A DNA stretch of 64,000 nt, taken from a virus. The position numbers were made by a program, and so were the translations under genes. Every line of letters starts with the position of its first letter. The first letter of the stretch is position 1. Positions 10,774 through 20,081 of the stretch are shown one piece after another. The notes beneath the pieces were generated by a model. That model searched no databases and was not told the origin of the DNA. It saw nothing but the letters and a program-made list of their open reading frames with translations. The stretch lies in IMG/VR virus record IMGVR_UViG_3300005805_000042, one strand, 5' to 3'.

Positions 10774-12501
10774 TTATTTTTTTGACAATTCTTTAATTGC
10801 CGCCTCTGTTTTAATCTTAACAATCTTATAGATATTATCTTTAATTTCAGGGCTATTGAATATATTAAAGATTTGTTGTTCACTCAAATTTGTTGGGGTT
10901 TTTACATCGATAGTAAAATTCCCATCAACATTAACATTTCCTGTGATAGTTTCTGTTGTTGAAGTTTGTTTTTGGTATTGTTCCCAATTCTGATATCTTG
11001 TGTCAGTCTGTTCCCCAATTCTTGAAATACTTTGAAGACTCTCTCTTTGAGCACTATTTTCACTATATTTAGCAAGAAAGGTCTGATATCTTTGAGCTAA
11101 GTCCAAACTTATTGTTTGTTCCTCTGAGGCTGTTTTCATTGTTGATAAGACATCTTCGATTGACCCTTCTCCTTTAAGTAAACTCATAATCGAAGTTCCG
11201 ACTACATCCCCGAAATTTTGAAATTCTTTCCTAAATTCTTCTCCCGTAGGTAATGCACCAGGACTGAAAGCCGCACCCGCAATTTTTCCCTCTTCTCTTC
11301 TGGCAAATTCTATGGCTCGGTTTAATCCCTCTTGACCGGCTAACGCGTAACTTAATCTCATGGGAAGTGCTGCTATGTCTCGTGATATTATATCACTAGT
11401 AGATAATTGACTTCGAGCAATATCTTCCATCGACTCGGGTCTATCTGCAGCTTGTTGTTTGATAAGTTCGAATTGAGACTGAGATAATTTGTCTAAACTT
11501 TCTGTTTGGAGTTTACCGGTTTCGTCTCTAAATTGTACTTCATAACGACCCCCCTCACCCATTTTAGACATGTTAGCCACCAACATTTTATCCTCTTCAC
11601 TACCTCTTATGTCGAAGGATATTTCACCTAATCGTTTATCCAAGTCCGCAGCCGCTAATGCTGTCTTTGAAAACTGTTCAAATGACATTCCCGCAGTCTC
11701 GGCAAGTTCCTTCATCAATCTTACTCCACCCGGATTGATTCTGAAATTACCCGTCTTCTCATCGAAGTAGGTAAATTGTTTGGTCATTTCAATTAATGAA
11801 TCCTGTAATCCTTTTGGGTCATTGATTGATTTATCCATTAAAATAAACGGGTCCACTAAATCTCCTGAGGCAACACCCAATCTTTGAAATGCCGCGGCCA
11901 TCTGTATTGCCCCTTCAGGATTCAATACTTTTTCTGCAAAATCCGAAGTTACTTGCATGTCAAACCTGAGCATCGAAGCTTGAGCAGCCATTTTGGTAAA
12001 TCCAACAACTCCATCTTGGAAATTGAAACGATTCATCATATCAACTTTGTTGACAACATCACCCATGATTTGAACCGCATTCAAACCTAACGATTGAACA
12101 TAACCTACAGATTCTTCAACACCTTCAGCAATATTGGAAAATTCTACTCCCGCAATCCCAAATTGCTCGACTAAAAAATCAACTTCTTGATTTAGATATT
12201 TAGCTGTGGCAAAAATTTCCTGTAAAGACTCTTGTGATGCAACAACATTTCTTCGTGCACCTTGACCAACTTCAGCAATCGTTTTACTTAACTCTTCAGC
12301 AGAACCACCAAGTCTAACGAAATCCGCAACCCCATCAGATACCGCAGTTGAAAATTCGAGAAACCTCGCACGAGATTCTCCAAAAGACCTATTAATATTG
12401 GTAATACCATCTTGTATCCTACCTATATTGCCCGCCAAATCAGCGGACTCACCAATAAGTGATTTTAAATTACCCAAAAACCCTAAATCCTCATCTGCCA
12501 T
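10774..12501 (-). CDS. Probable tape measure protein (575 aa)
   Basis: Ala/Gly/Gln-rich and predicted helical; position between tail chaperone and baseplate genes. Confidence 0.6.
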   Translation of the reverse strand: MADEDLGFLGNLKSLIGESADLAGNIGRIQDGITNINRSFGESRARFLEFSTAVSDGVADFVRLGGSAEELSKTIAEVGQGARRNVVASQESLQEIFATAKYLNQEVDFLVEQFGIAGVEFSNIAEGVEESVGYVQSLGLNAVQIMGDVVNKVDMMNRFNFQDGVVGFTKMAAQASMLRFDMQVTSDFAEKVLNPEGAIQMAAAFQRLGVASGDLVDPFILMDKSINDPKGLQDSLIEMTKQFTYFDEKTGNFRINPGGVRLMKELAETAGMSFEQFSKTALAAADLDKRLGEISFDIRGSEEDKMLVANMSKMGEGGRYEVQFRDETGKLQTESLDKLSQSQFELIKQQAADRPESMEDIARSQLSTSDIISRDIAALPMRLSYALAGQEGLNRAIEFARREEGKIAGAAFSPGALPTGEEFRKEFQNFGDVVGTSIMSLLKGEGSIEDVLSTMKTASEEQTISLDLAQRYQTFLAKYSENSAQRESLQSISRIGEQTDTRYQNWEQYQKQTSTTETITGNVNVDGNFTIDVKTPTNLSEQQIFNIFNSPEIKDNIYKIVKIKTEAAIKELSKK

Positions 12502-12530
12502 TATGGACTTTTATATTATAAATAGGGTTT

Positions 12531-12695
12531 TTATGATTTTTTTTGATTGTCTTCAACCCACTTATCCAAGAGATACTTTCGTATAAAAATCGGCATACTC
12601 ATAAAATCTGAATATGGTATTGAAAATATTTTAGACAAATAATAAAACTCGTCTATTTGATTTTTTCTATAATCAGAAGAAAGGACGAAAAAAGT
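12531..12695 (-). CDS. Start-less C-terminal extension of the tail assembly chaperone (GT-like), reached by frameshift
   Basis: The +1 frame is open for 54 codons between TAG (12698-12696) and TAA (12533-12531): TFFVLSSDYRKNQIDEFYYLSKIFSIPYSDFMSMPIFIRKYLLDKWVEDNQKKS. It overlaps the slippery GAC TTT TTT CGT at the chaperone 3' end. Confidence 0.65.
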   Translation of the reverse strand, partial: TFFVLSSDYRKNQIDEFYYLSKIFSIPYSDFMSMPIFIRKYLLDKWVEDNQKKS

Positions 12696-13416
12696 CTACC
12701 CCGAAGCCGATGTTAACCAATAGCTTTTCTCCTGACGGGGCAATAATCACCCGATTCATATCTAATCGAGGTACGTTTTCATTCATGAATTTTTTTATGT
12801 ACTTAGAATCCGCAAACGGCATTGTTTCAGCAAACTTTTGAATTTCTACTTTGTCTTGAGTACCATCTACTTCAACTATTTCTCTCTGTAGTCTCCAAGT
12901 TCTAATTGGTGCAACTCTTCCTTGAGGATAAGTTTCAGATAAATTATTGATTTCGGTGACTTCACCAAAATTGAGTGGTTTCAACTTTACGGTTTTTTCG
13001 GACACTGGAAGTTTTGTAGTAAAGGTACCGTCTTCATTTGGTTCATTACCACTCACAATATTAAGTTCATCAAGTCTTTCATTAGCCGTGAACTTTCTAT
13101 TTGTTTTTGGGTCAGTCAAATTCAATTCGATATTTGGTCCAAAAGCTGTGTTTCTAAGAAAAATGAGAATCGACTCAATGTCACCCTCCAATAAATCCTC
13201 GGGTCTTACACCAGGTTCGTATATCTTCGAACGAAGAAGATTGGTTGTCATGTCTTTACCACCCGCAATCAAAATGTTTTCATCACTAGCAGTCAAATAA
13301 CCAACCTTTAAAGAAGATTTTTTATTTTTATAAAACATTCCCTTGGATGGAAGGGGTACCACATCGTGTGGTAATGTAAATTGTTGTTGTCCGTAATTAA
13401 TAGTTTCTTGGTCCAT
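12673..13416 (-). CDS. Tail/baseplate hub assembly chaperone (T4 gp26-like, G-type chaperone position)
   Basis: Motif LPSKGMFY...VGYLTASDENIL; located between tube and tape measure genes. Confidence 0.6.
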   Translation of the reverse strand: MDQETINYGQQQFTLPHDVVPLPSKGMFYKNKKSSLKVGYLTASDENILIAGGKDMTTNLLRSKIYEPGVRPEDLLEGDIESILIFLRNTAFGPNIELNLTDPKTNRKFTANERLDELNIVSGNEPNEDGTFTTKLPVSEKTVKLKPLNFGEVTEINNLSETYPQGRVAPIRTWRLQREIVEVDGTQDKVEIQKFAETMPFADSKYIKKFMNENVPRLDMNRVIIAPSGEKLLVNIGFGVDFFRPFF

Positions 13417-13419
13417 ATA

Positions 13420-13452
13420 AAAGAATAACCGTAGAGTTTATCTCTACGGTTA
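13420..13452 (-). terminator. Intrinsic terminator/attenuator after the tail tube gene
   Basis: Perfect 11-bp stem TAACCGTAGAG/CTCTACGGTTA (13426-13452), 5-nt loop, followed on the minus strand by TTCTTTT. Confidence 0.7.
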
Positions 13453-13487
13453 AATATAAAAGGTAATAAAAGTAAATAAAGACAATC

Positions 13488-13976
13488 TTAGTAAATCAAC
13501 ACACAACGGTCCATTCTCAAAGTTGCACCAATTGTCGCCAATCCATCTTGAGAGTAGTTTAAAGTGTTGAAGTTAACATCTGTGAGGAATGTACCATAGA
13601 GAATCCATTTTTCCACAACAACTCCTGTTGGGTCTAACATCTCTAAGTCAATATCTTTTTTGTATCCCGCCGCATATCCCATACGACCAGTTACTGATTC
13701 CGCGTGGAGACGAACCCACTCCATAAGAGCCTGTGCCGCAGACGGACCGATTGGGTCACGGAAGGTTACAGGAATAGTTTGCCAGTTAAATCTACCAGCA
13801 ACATAGGTTGAGGTGTTCAAAAACTGAATTTCTGTTGGGTTGATGATGATGTGGGGTCTTGCAGTAGATTCTACAAACCACTCATTTATACCCAAAGATG
13901 ATGGAAACCTTAATATGAACCTGTTTTGTCTTTTTGGTTCGTAAGGAATCGGCATTTTCATTAATAAATCCGCCAT
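13488..13976 (-). CDS. Tail tube protein (T4 gp19-like)
   Basis: 162 aa; PYEPKRQNRFIL...WQTIPVTFRDPI...WILYGTFLTDVNFNTLNYS pattern; downstream of sheath. Confidence 0.8.
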   Translation of the reverse strand: MADLLMKMPIPYEPKRQNRFILRFPSSLGINEWFVESTARPHIIINPTEIQFLNTSTYVAGRFNWQTIPVTFRDPIGPSAAQALMEWVRLHAESVTGRMGYAAGYKKDIDLEMLDPTGVVVEKWILYGTFLTDVNFNTLNYSQDGLATIGATLRMDRCVLIY

Positions 13977-14085
13977 GGTAATATCTTAATTTTTTCTTTT
14001 ATCTTTTATTATAAATATACCCATCAGTATAATTTTTCTATTGACTTTATTTTTTAAAAATTTACTCTCTTATAGAGCTCCAGTA

Positions 14086-14907
14086 CTAGTATTCTTTTTT
14101 TATTCCTCCTTTAGTTGAATAAGTTTTAACTGGTTCTTTAATAGATTTAAAATAATCCTTAATTTTTTCTACATTCTTTTCGTCATCATCTGAAAATCCA
14201 ATAGTTGGCTTGCCTGGTACAAACTTATTAGCAATTCCTTTCTTTAGAAAAGCTGTTTTATGTAGCACAGCCGCCATTGATTTTACATAGTTTACAAAGT
14301 CCGCCATTGCTTTTACCTTTTCTTCTTCAGGAGACGAGGCACCCTTATCACTTCCGAAACTAACAGGGTTATAACGATTCAGTTCCAAGTAAGACCTAAC
14401 CATTTCTTCATCGGTCATTTCTTCTTCGTCAACAAAATCTCGATATTTTTTTAAATTTTTAATTAATTCTTTTTTGGAAATACCACCAAAATTCTTATCG
14501 ATATAGTTGAAAATAGCCTCTTTAATAGTATTTGGATTATGACCTCGAGCGGTAATAATTGCAAAAATCGAACCATTATTAATAGATTCTTTAAAATCGT
14601 TCCATGCCGGTCCAATTTTAGCCTTTAAACTATCTTTTAAAAATTGTTTGTCACCGTGGACCCCAAAAAAACGGAAAGGGTCTTCCGAGTAATCTACAAT
14701 AGTGTTACTTAAGTAATCAAAAGATGTTTTACCAATTTTCTCTCTATGAGTAGCAAAATCCTCGGTTGACATTTCCACTTCTTCACCCTTATCATTTAAC
14801 AAAATGATTTTGGTTGGCATGTGGACAATGTTATCGTCCCAATCAAAAGCATAGTATTTAAGGTCTGGAGTTCCAATTTTGAAGGGGTCGTTTATTTTAG
14901 TATTCAT
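14086..14907 (-). CDS. HAD-superfamily hydrolase-like protein
   Basis: Motif I FDWDDNI, motif II ITARGH, motif IV GFSDDD; ATG at 14907 preferred over TTG at 14913. Confidence 0.55.
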   Translation of the reverse strand: MNTKINDPFKIGTPDLKYYAFDWDDNIVHMPTKIILLNDKGEEVEMSTEDFATHREKIGKTSFDYLSNTIVDYSEDPFRFFGVHGDKQFLKDSLKAKIGPAWNDFKESINNGSIFAIITARGHNPNTIKEAIFNYIDKNFGGISKKELIKNLKKYRDFVDEEEMTDEEMVRSYLELNRYNPVSFGSDKGASSPEEEKVKAMADFVNYVKSMAAVLHKTAFLKKGIANKFVPGKPTIGFSDDDEKNVEKIKDYFKSIKEPVKTYSTKGGIKKEY

Positions 14908-14919
14908 TTCCAATTAGGC

Positions 14920-14950
14920 AAAAAAAGGGTGGGAATTTGTTTTCCCACCC
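14920..14950 (-). terminator. Intrinsic terminator after the tail sheath gene
   Basis: 9-bp stem GGGTGGGAA/TTCCCACCC, 6-nt loop, 7-nt U tract on the minus strand. Confidence 0.85.
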
Positions 14951-14958
14951 CAAATATA

Positions 14959-17900
14959 TTAAATATTTTCGAAAGATGCTCCTGTTGGAGTAATTAAAAA
15001 CTCAATATCGATAAATTCAAGTGCTTTAGTTGGTTTCAAATATATTTTACCTGTCAAAGTATTTCTATCTAAATCTTCAGGAGTAGATGCTACAGTCACT
15101 CTAAAGTCATACAAACCACGGTCTCGTCTAATTGCATCCAAGATTGGGTTTACAGAATCCAAGAATTGTTGTCTTACAATTTCATCGTTTTGTTCGAACA
15201 ATAGTCTTACAGCAACCGCTGAAATCAATTTACGAGCCTGTAACAACAATCTTCTAACATTCAATCTGTTAAGAGCAGAATCTCTAACTTGTAAGGTTTT
15301 GTTACCCCAAATTACAGTACCTACATCAGAGAAGGTTGCAATAGGGTTTATTCTACCTTGGTAAAGAGTATCCCTGTCTTCCTGAGTAAGTTTTAATCTT
15401 GCTTTAACGGAGTTCACAAGACCTCTTGTGTAACCCGCGGATGCAAACCAAGGAAAAGAAATGTTATCAGTCAAAGCTAAGTTTCTACAAACCTGACCCG
15501 TTGCTGGTAGATATATCTGTGTATTGTTAACAGTATCTCTTTCTAAAATCCATGGGTAATAGGTTGCCGTATAAGATGAATCGATACCAGTTTGGTCTAA
15601 ATTATCTACCGCTTCCTGTGGATAAATAATCTCAAATTGAGAAGTTGCGTCTGAAGTAAACATGTTGTAATCAGGAGTTGTTACGACATAAACAGCGTCA
15701 GCCCTTTCATTTTCAACCATACCGATTGCCAATTCAGCGAGGTTTGAGTTATTCACATAATCAATACCCGGAGTTGCAAATACATTGATATTTGTGGATT
15801 CAGGATTGTTAAATGTTAATTGACCAAGTAAGTAAGCGTAATAATCTGTGTTTGCAAAATCTTGAGTGTTATCTCCAATAACGATTCGCTTGAAAGTACC
15901 ATCACCCGATGCTGTTGGGTATCTTTGGGTAGGTGTTGCCCCTTGTAAGTATCCCTGAGCTCCAAGAGCAAATCTGTCTTGGTTTGTTCTAAATTCTCTG
16001 TATATGTCCCATCCATCAAATCCTCCTTGGAAAACTGTTGTGAATTTTCTTGAGTACAAGAAGTAATATGGATTATCTTGAGAAGTTGGTTCACCATCAA
16101 AACTTGCCACACCACAATCAAATGCAGGTGTTCCACTTGTAACTTGAGAGTTGGCGATTGTAATAATCGTAGCTCCTGAGTCCATGTGGAATCCTTTTGT
16201 TTGGTAGTTCCAAGATTCTGAAGTTGTTGCTAAGTCCCAACCAACTACAGGGTTTTTCTTCCCTTTATATTGTAGTAAGTCACTATCGATTCCGAACTGA
16301 GTCGAGATACCTAAGTAGGTTCTTCTAACAATATCTCCTGAAGAACTTACAATATTACTACCACCAGCAGTTGTTCCGAAAGGTGGGTCATAAATTGTTT
16401 CTCCTGGGAAGAAGTATTTAGTTTTGATGATAGGGAAAGGAGAAGGGTTCGTTACACTTTCATAAACTCTTTCCTCCAATCCATAGAAACCACAAGGTAA
16501 TGCATCGATTGGATATTCATCCGAAAGTTCAATCATCACATACGCAGAATTCAAAGGATATTCACCGTCTACCGAACCAATTTTTTTAGCAACAAAACTG
16601 TTCGATGCTGGGTCCATTGTACAGTTTGTGAATTTTTCATAAACAACAGGATTAGCATCCGTATCAAAGAAGTCTCTTACTTGTACATCAAAGGTTGAGT
16701 TATTAAACGAAATATTCGCAATAGAAATTTTAACCTGAGTGTTAGCCTCAAAACCATCAGAAATCGTTACAAATCTGAATAGTTCATAAACTTTATTGCC
16801 ACGAAGTTCAGATACTAAGAAAGGGGTTTTTGGTGTTTGATATTGTTCCAAATTCCAAGCAATTGAAGTTGTCGAGCTTTTATCACGAGCCTCAGGGAGA
16901 GCAATCAAATCACACTTGACACCTCTAACATATCCTTTATTGAAACCATAGTTTAACATTCCTAAGTAAGATTCCTCAACATAAATTGGGACATCTTGTC
17001 TTGGTTTAGAAAAATTGGTGACGCCTAAAACTTTAGTTAAGTAATTAGCATTCGTTGAATCAAATGATGTGTCAAAAGTAAATGTATTACCTTCAAAAGT
17101 TACACCACTTAATTGGAAAGTTGCAAACGGACTTTGTGAAATTCCAGAATATGCACCAGTACAAATGAGGTTTAAATCAGTTAAACCAGTAACTTGATAT
17201 TGAGGACCATGGTCATTAGCGTTGTAAATTGAAATACCTCTTGAACGAAGAGTTGCTAAAATAAGATTATTCCAATCAGTATATGCGGTACCTGAATAGG
17301 TGTAAGTTTCCCCCGTGATAGTCCCTGAGAATGAACCTGATGCACCAGTTACAAAATTAGTAACATTGTAATACCATGAATAACCTGAATAAGAATTAGA
17401 AGTTGTTACATCAAAAGTTGCATAATACCAAGGGTCATTATTTCCATCGGTCAAATCTGCAAAATCCAAACTTAAGTCATCACATCCAAACACATTATCA
17501 AAAGTTGTGTATTGTGAGTCCAATACATCGTAATCAGATGTGGGAATAGAACCATAAACATTTACTGTTGAACCAGTCAATGAAGTATCTGCAGAAATAC
17601 TAATCATAAACCCAAACAGGTCATTATTGTAAGTTGATGTAGACCCATCAATCAAAGTGTAAGATGTATTCAACGCATTTGAAACCAACGAAGGAAGTCC
17701 CCCACCAAAAGTTAATGTATTACCAGTTGTGAAACCAGAAAATGTTGTGGTAAATGGAACAGATGCCACACCAGTGTCAATACCAACAGTGGTCCCATTG
17801 ACATTTGCAATCGCTTGTAATGACCACGAAGGTCCTGCGTCATAACCCGACAACCCCAAAATACGGGTTACAAATAATTGATTAGATTGTTGAAGGTACG

Positions 17901-18165
17901 CTTTGGCAATGTAAGCGGCTTCATATTTCGGTATTTGTGTTCCGATAAATTTTTCAGGTATGGTTCCCCCAAAGAAAGTCTGAAACTCATCGAAATTTGT
18001 TATAAAAATTGGTTCGAAGGCGGGACCTCTTAGAGTCTCCCCTACCAAACCTAATGTGGTTACACCCACACTTTGTGCTACAAACGATAAATCAGTTTCT
18101 GATGTATAAACCCCTGGGGATACAAAAACTTTTTGATTTGCTTGTGATGTTACTTGAAAAAACAT
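14959..18165 (-). CDS. Contractile tail sheath protein (1068 aa)
   Basis: N-terminal VSPGVYTSE; C-terminal PWFASAGYTRG, INPIATF, GNKTLQ, LNVRRLL, YLKPTKALEFIDIEF. Confidence 0.92.
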   Translation of the reverse strand: MFFQVTSQANQKVFVSPGVYTSETDLSFVAQSVGVTTLGLVGETLRGPAFEPIFITNFDEFQTFFGGTIPEKFIGTQIPKYEAAYIAKAYLQQSNQLFVTRILGLSGYDAGPSWSLQAIANVNGTTVGIDTGVASVPFTTTFSGFTTGNTLTFGGGLPSLVSNALNTSYTLIDGSTSTYNNDLFGFMISISADTSLTGSTVNVYGSIPTSDYDVLDSQYTTFDNVFGCDDLSLDFADLTDGNNDPWYYATFDVTTSNSYSGYSWYYNVTNFVTGASGSFSGTITGETYTYSGTAYTDWNNLILATLRSRGISIYNANDHGPQYQVTGLTDLNLICTGAYSGISQSPFATFQLSGVTFEGNTFTFDTSFDSTNANYLTKVLGVTNFSKPRQDVPIYVEESYLGMLNYGFNKGYVRGVKCDLIALPEARDKSSTTSIAWNLEQYQTPKTPFLVSELRGNKVYELFRFVTISDGFEANTQVKISIANISFNNSTFDVQVRDFFDTDANPVVYEKFTNCTMDPASNSFVAKKIGSVDGEYPLNSAYVMIELSDEYPIDALPCGFYGLEERVYESVTNPSPFPIIKTKYFFPGETIYDPPFGTTAGGSNIVSSSGDIVRRTYLGISTQFGIDSDLLQYKGKKNPVVGWDLATTSESWNYQTKGFHMDSGATIITIANSQVTSGTPAFDCGVASFDGEPTSQDNPYYFLYSRKFTTVFQGGFDGWDIYREFRTNQDRFALGAQGYLQGATPTQRYPTASGDGTFKRIVIGDNTQDFANTDYYAYLLGQLTFNNPESTNINVFATPGIDYVNNSNLAELAIGMVENERADAVYVVTTPDYNMFTSDATSQFEIIYPQEAVDNLDQTGIDSSYTATYYPWILERDTVNNTQIYLPATGQVCRNLALTDNISFPWFASAGYTRGLVNSVKARLKLTQEDRDTLYQGRINPIATFSDVGTVIWGNKTLQVRDSALNRLNVRRLLLQARKLISAVAVRLLFEQNDEIVRQQFLDSVNPILDAIRRDRGLYDFRVTVASTPEDLDRNTLTGKIYLKPTKALEFIDIEFLITPTGASFENI

Positions 18166-18289
18166 TTTTTTAAATTTTTCTTATTCGGTTTTATTTTATT
18201 AGATAAATATTTGATTTAAAACCAAAAAACTTGACTTTTGAATATGTATTATTAAACGGTGAGAATTTTTTCTACCTTTTTTCTTCCTT

Positions 18290-18451
18290 ATGAAAAACAC
18301 CCCCAAGTCTATCAAGAACCTGAAAATATCAGAAAGTACCCATGAGGTACTAAAAAGTTATTGCGAAAAAAATGGTTTGAAGATGTATAAGTTCTTAGAA
18401 AAACTCATTTTAGACAACTGTAAGGTAACAAAAGACATCTACGGAGAGTAA
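18290..18451 (+). CDS. Small ribbon-helix-helix (CopG/Arc-like) DNA-binding protein, 53 aa
   Basis: Below the track length cutoff. MKNTPKSIKNLKISESTHEVLKSYCEKNGLKMYKFLEKLILDNCKVTKDIYGE has an alternating beta strand (KNLKIS) followed by two helices. Confidence 0.65.
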   Translation: MKNTPKSIKNLKISESTHEVLKSYCEKNGLKMYKFLEKLILDNCKVTKDIYGE

Positions 18452-19513
18452 TTAAACTAACTTACTTTCGAACTCAATTACCGATTCACCCGAAGTGTTT
18501 TTGGTAATATCTACGCGAAAAATATCACCGGTATTTAATTGTATAGTTGTGATATTTTCACCATAAAAATCATCATTAATAAAAACTTCGTAAGAAAGAA
18601 CATTCAAAGATGAAATAAATGTAAGGTCAACTCTATAATCAACTTGGTCGTCAATTAAGGATGTATTACCCGAGGTGTATAGAAGTTTGTAAGTAAATTC
18701 ATCAGGATTCGAAGGAGTAATTTCCGCTCTTCTACCTTTTGGAACTTGGGTGTCAACTTCAAATAATTGCACGACACGAGAAATTGCTGGTTTTACTTCA
18801 AATTCTTCCTCATCAATTAAGTAACCTAACATTGTAAATTCGTAACTTTGAATATAATAATTTCTTTTTTCAACATCGATTACTGATTCATCTGAAACAT
18901 TGTTCATTATTATTGGGACATACTGTCCTTTGATAAATGTGTACGCTTGACGAGAAGAAAAAGTTTGAAGAACATTTTTATTGAATGTATTCAACTCCCT
19001 CATTCTATTACAAATGATTTTAACACTGTAATTAATATCTACAGGAACGGGTTGAGGTATAGTATAAACATCATACCCTTTTTGGTTACCATTCCATGTT
19101 GGAACCGTGGCATAATAAAATTGTTTTCTAACAGGAATTGTATATTGAAGTGATGGATTTGTCCCGTATTTTACTTCAGGTTGTCTCACAAGAGTAATAA
19201 ATGGAAGTTGAACATTGAAATCATCATCTTTAAAGTTCCAAGTTTCAGTAAATTGTGACCATCTTTGATTTGTTATAATTTTGTCAATAACACTAATGTC
19301 TTTTCCCGAAACAATTGTCTTCAATTCATTTTTAACAAATTCTAACATCCCCCCATCCAAATCAGCATGAAGAACACTCTGAGGAAGATATGTTCCGTCT
19401 TCATTGATAAACTGTAGAAGTTGTTCTCTTCGGGCGGACAAAGTCTTTGGAGGAACCAAGTCAATATCCATCTTGATTTGTTTCTTAAAAATGGGGTTTT
19501 TAGGAAGTGCCAT
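18452..19513 (-). CDS. Probable tail terminator / neck protein (T4 gp15-like)
   Basis: 353 aa with PQPVPVDINYSVKI motif; context between head-closure gene and sheath. Confidence 0.5.
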   Translation of the reverse strand: MALPKNPIFKKQIKMDIDLVPPKTLSARREQLLQFINEDGTYLPQSVLHADLDGGMLEFVKNELKTIVSGKDISVIDKIITNQRWSQFTETWNFKDDDFNVQLPFITLVRQPEVKYGTNPSLQYTIPVRKQFYYATVPTWNGNQKGYDVYTIPQPVPVDINYSVKIICNRMRELNTFNKNVLQTFSSRQAYTFIKGQYVPIIMNNVSDESVIDVEKRNYYIQSYEFTMLGYLIDEEEFEVKPAISRVVQLFEVDTQVPKGRRAEITPSNPDEFTYKLLYTSGNTSLIDDQVDYRVDLTFISSLNVLSYEVFINDDFYGENITTIQLNTGDIFRVDITKNTSGESVIEFESKLV

Positions 19514-20028
19514 TATGTACCGTAAAATTCATTTTGACTTGTTGGGGTTGCAATGATTGTTCTGTAGAACGGTTTGTAACCTCCATAAGTGTGTTTATTG
19601 TCAGACACAACACGACCATCGTCAGATACGGTATAGTACCTAACTTTATCTTCGGATTCATAATACCCAAAGTAATCACCCATTTGAATATCAACACCTA
19701 ATTCTTCCAAGTAAGCACGGTAAATGGAGAACCTCATATTACCTGGCTCGTTTTGTTCTACACGAGATGTACCGAGTCTCTGAGCGGTGGGGGCTAAGAT
19801 TTGAACATAACCCTTAAGTTCAACAGGAGCAAGAAACTGAATACCTCCTTCTGGTGATTCTCCATATACATCATCGATACGGGTACGGTATCTATCGATA
19901 CGATACAATACCACAGTAAAGTTCATATCACCTTCTAACCATTCTTGACCCATGGAAATATCAAGGTTATAATCCTCCGCACCGAAGAACTTACCTAACC
20001 GCGTAATTGGAACTAATTTCTCTGCCAT
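19513..20028 (-). CDS. Probable head-closure / neck protein (T4 gp14-like)
   Basis: 171 aa, VVLYRID...DDVYGE...GDYFGY pattern; overlaps next gene by TAATG. Confidence 0.55.
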   Translation of the reverse strand: MAEKLVPITRLGKFFGAEDYNLDISMGQEWLEGDMNFTVVLYRIDRYRTRIDDVYGESPEGGIQFLAPVELKGYVQILAPTAQRLGTSRVEQNEPGNMRFSIYRAYLEELGVDIQMGDYFGYYESEDKVRYYTVSDDGRVVSDNKHTYGGYKPFYRTIIATPTSQNEFYGT

Positions 20029-20081
20029 AGTAGTTATATTGATAAATACCTCTTTTTAATTTATATTTTAAATAAAAAATT

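Noticed and set aside
12667-12675. TGA readthrough as the route to the chaperone extension
   Set aside because: The in-frame continuation is TTA TAG, an immediate second stop; the extension lies in the +1 frame
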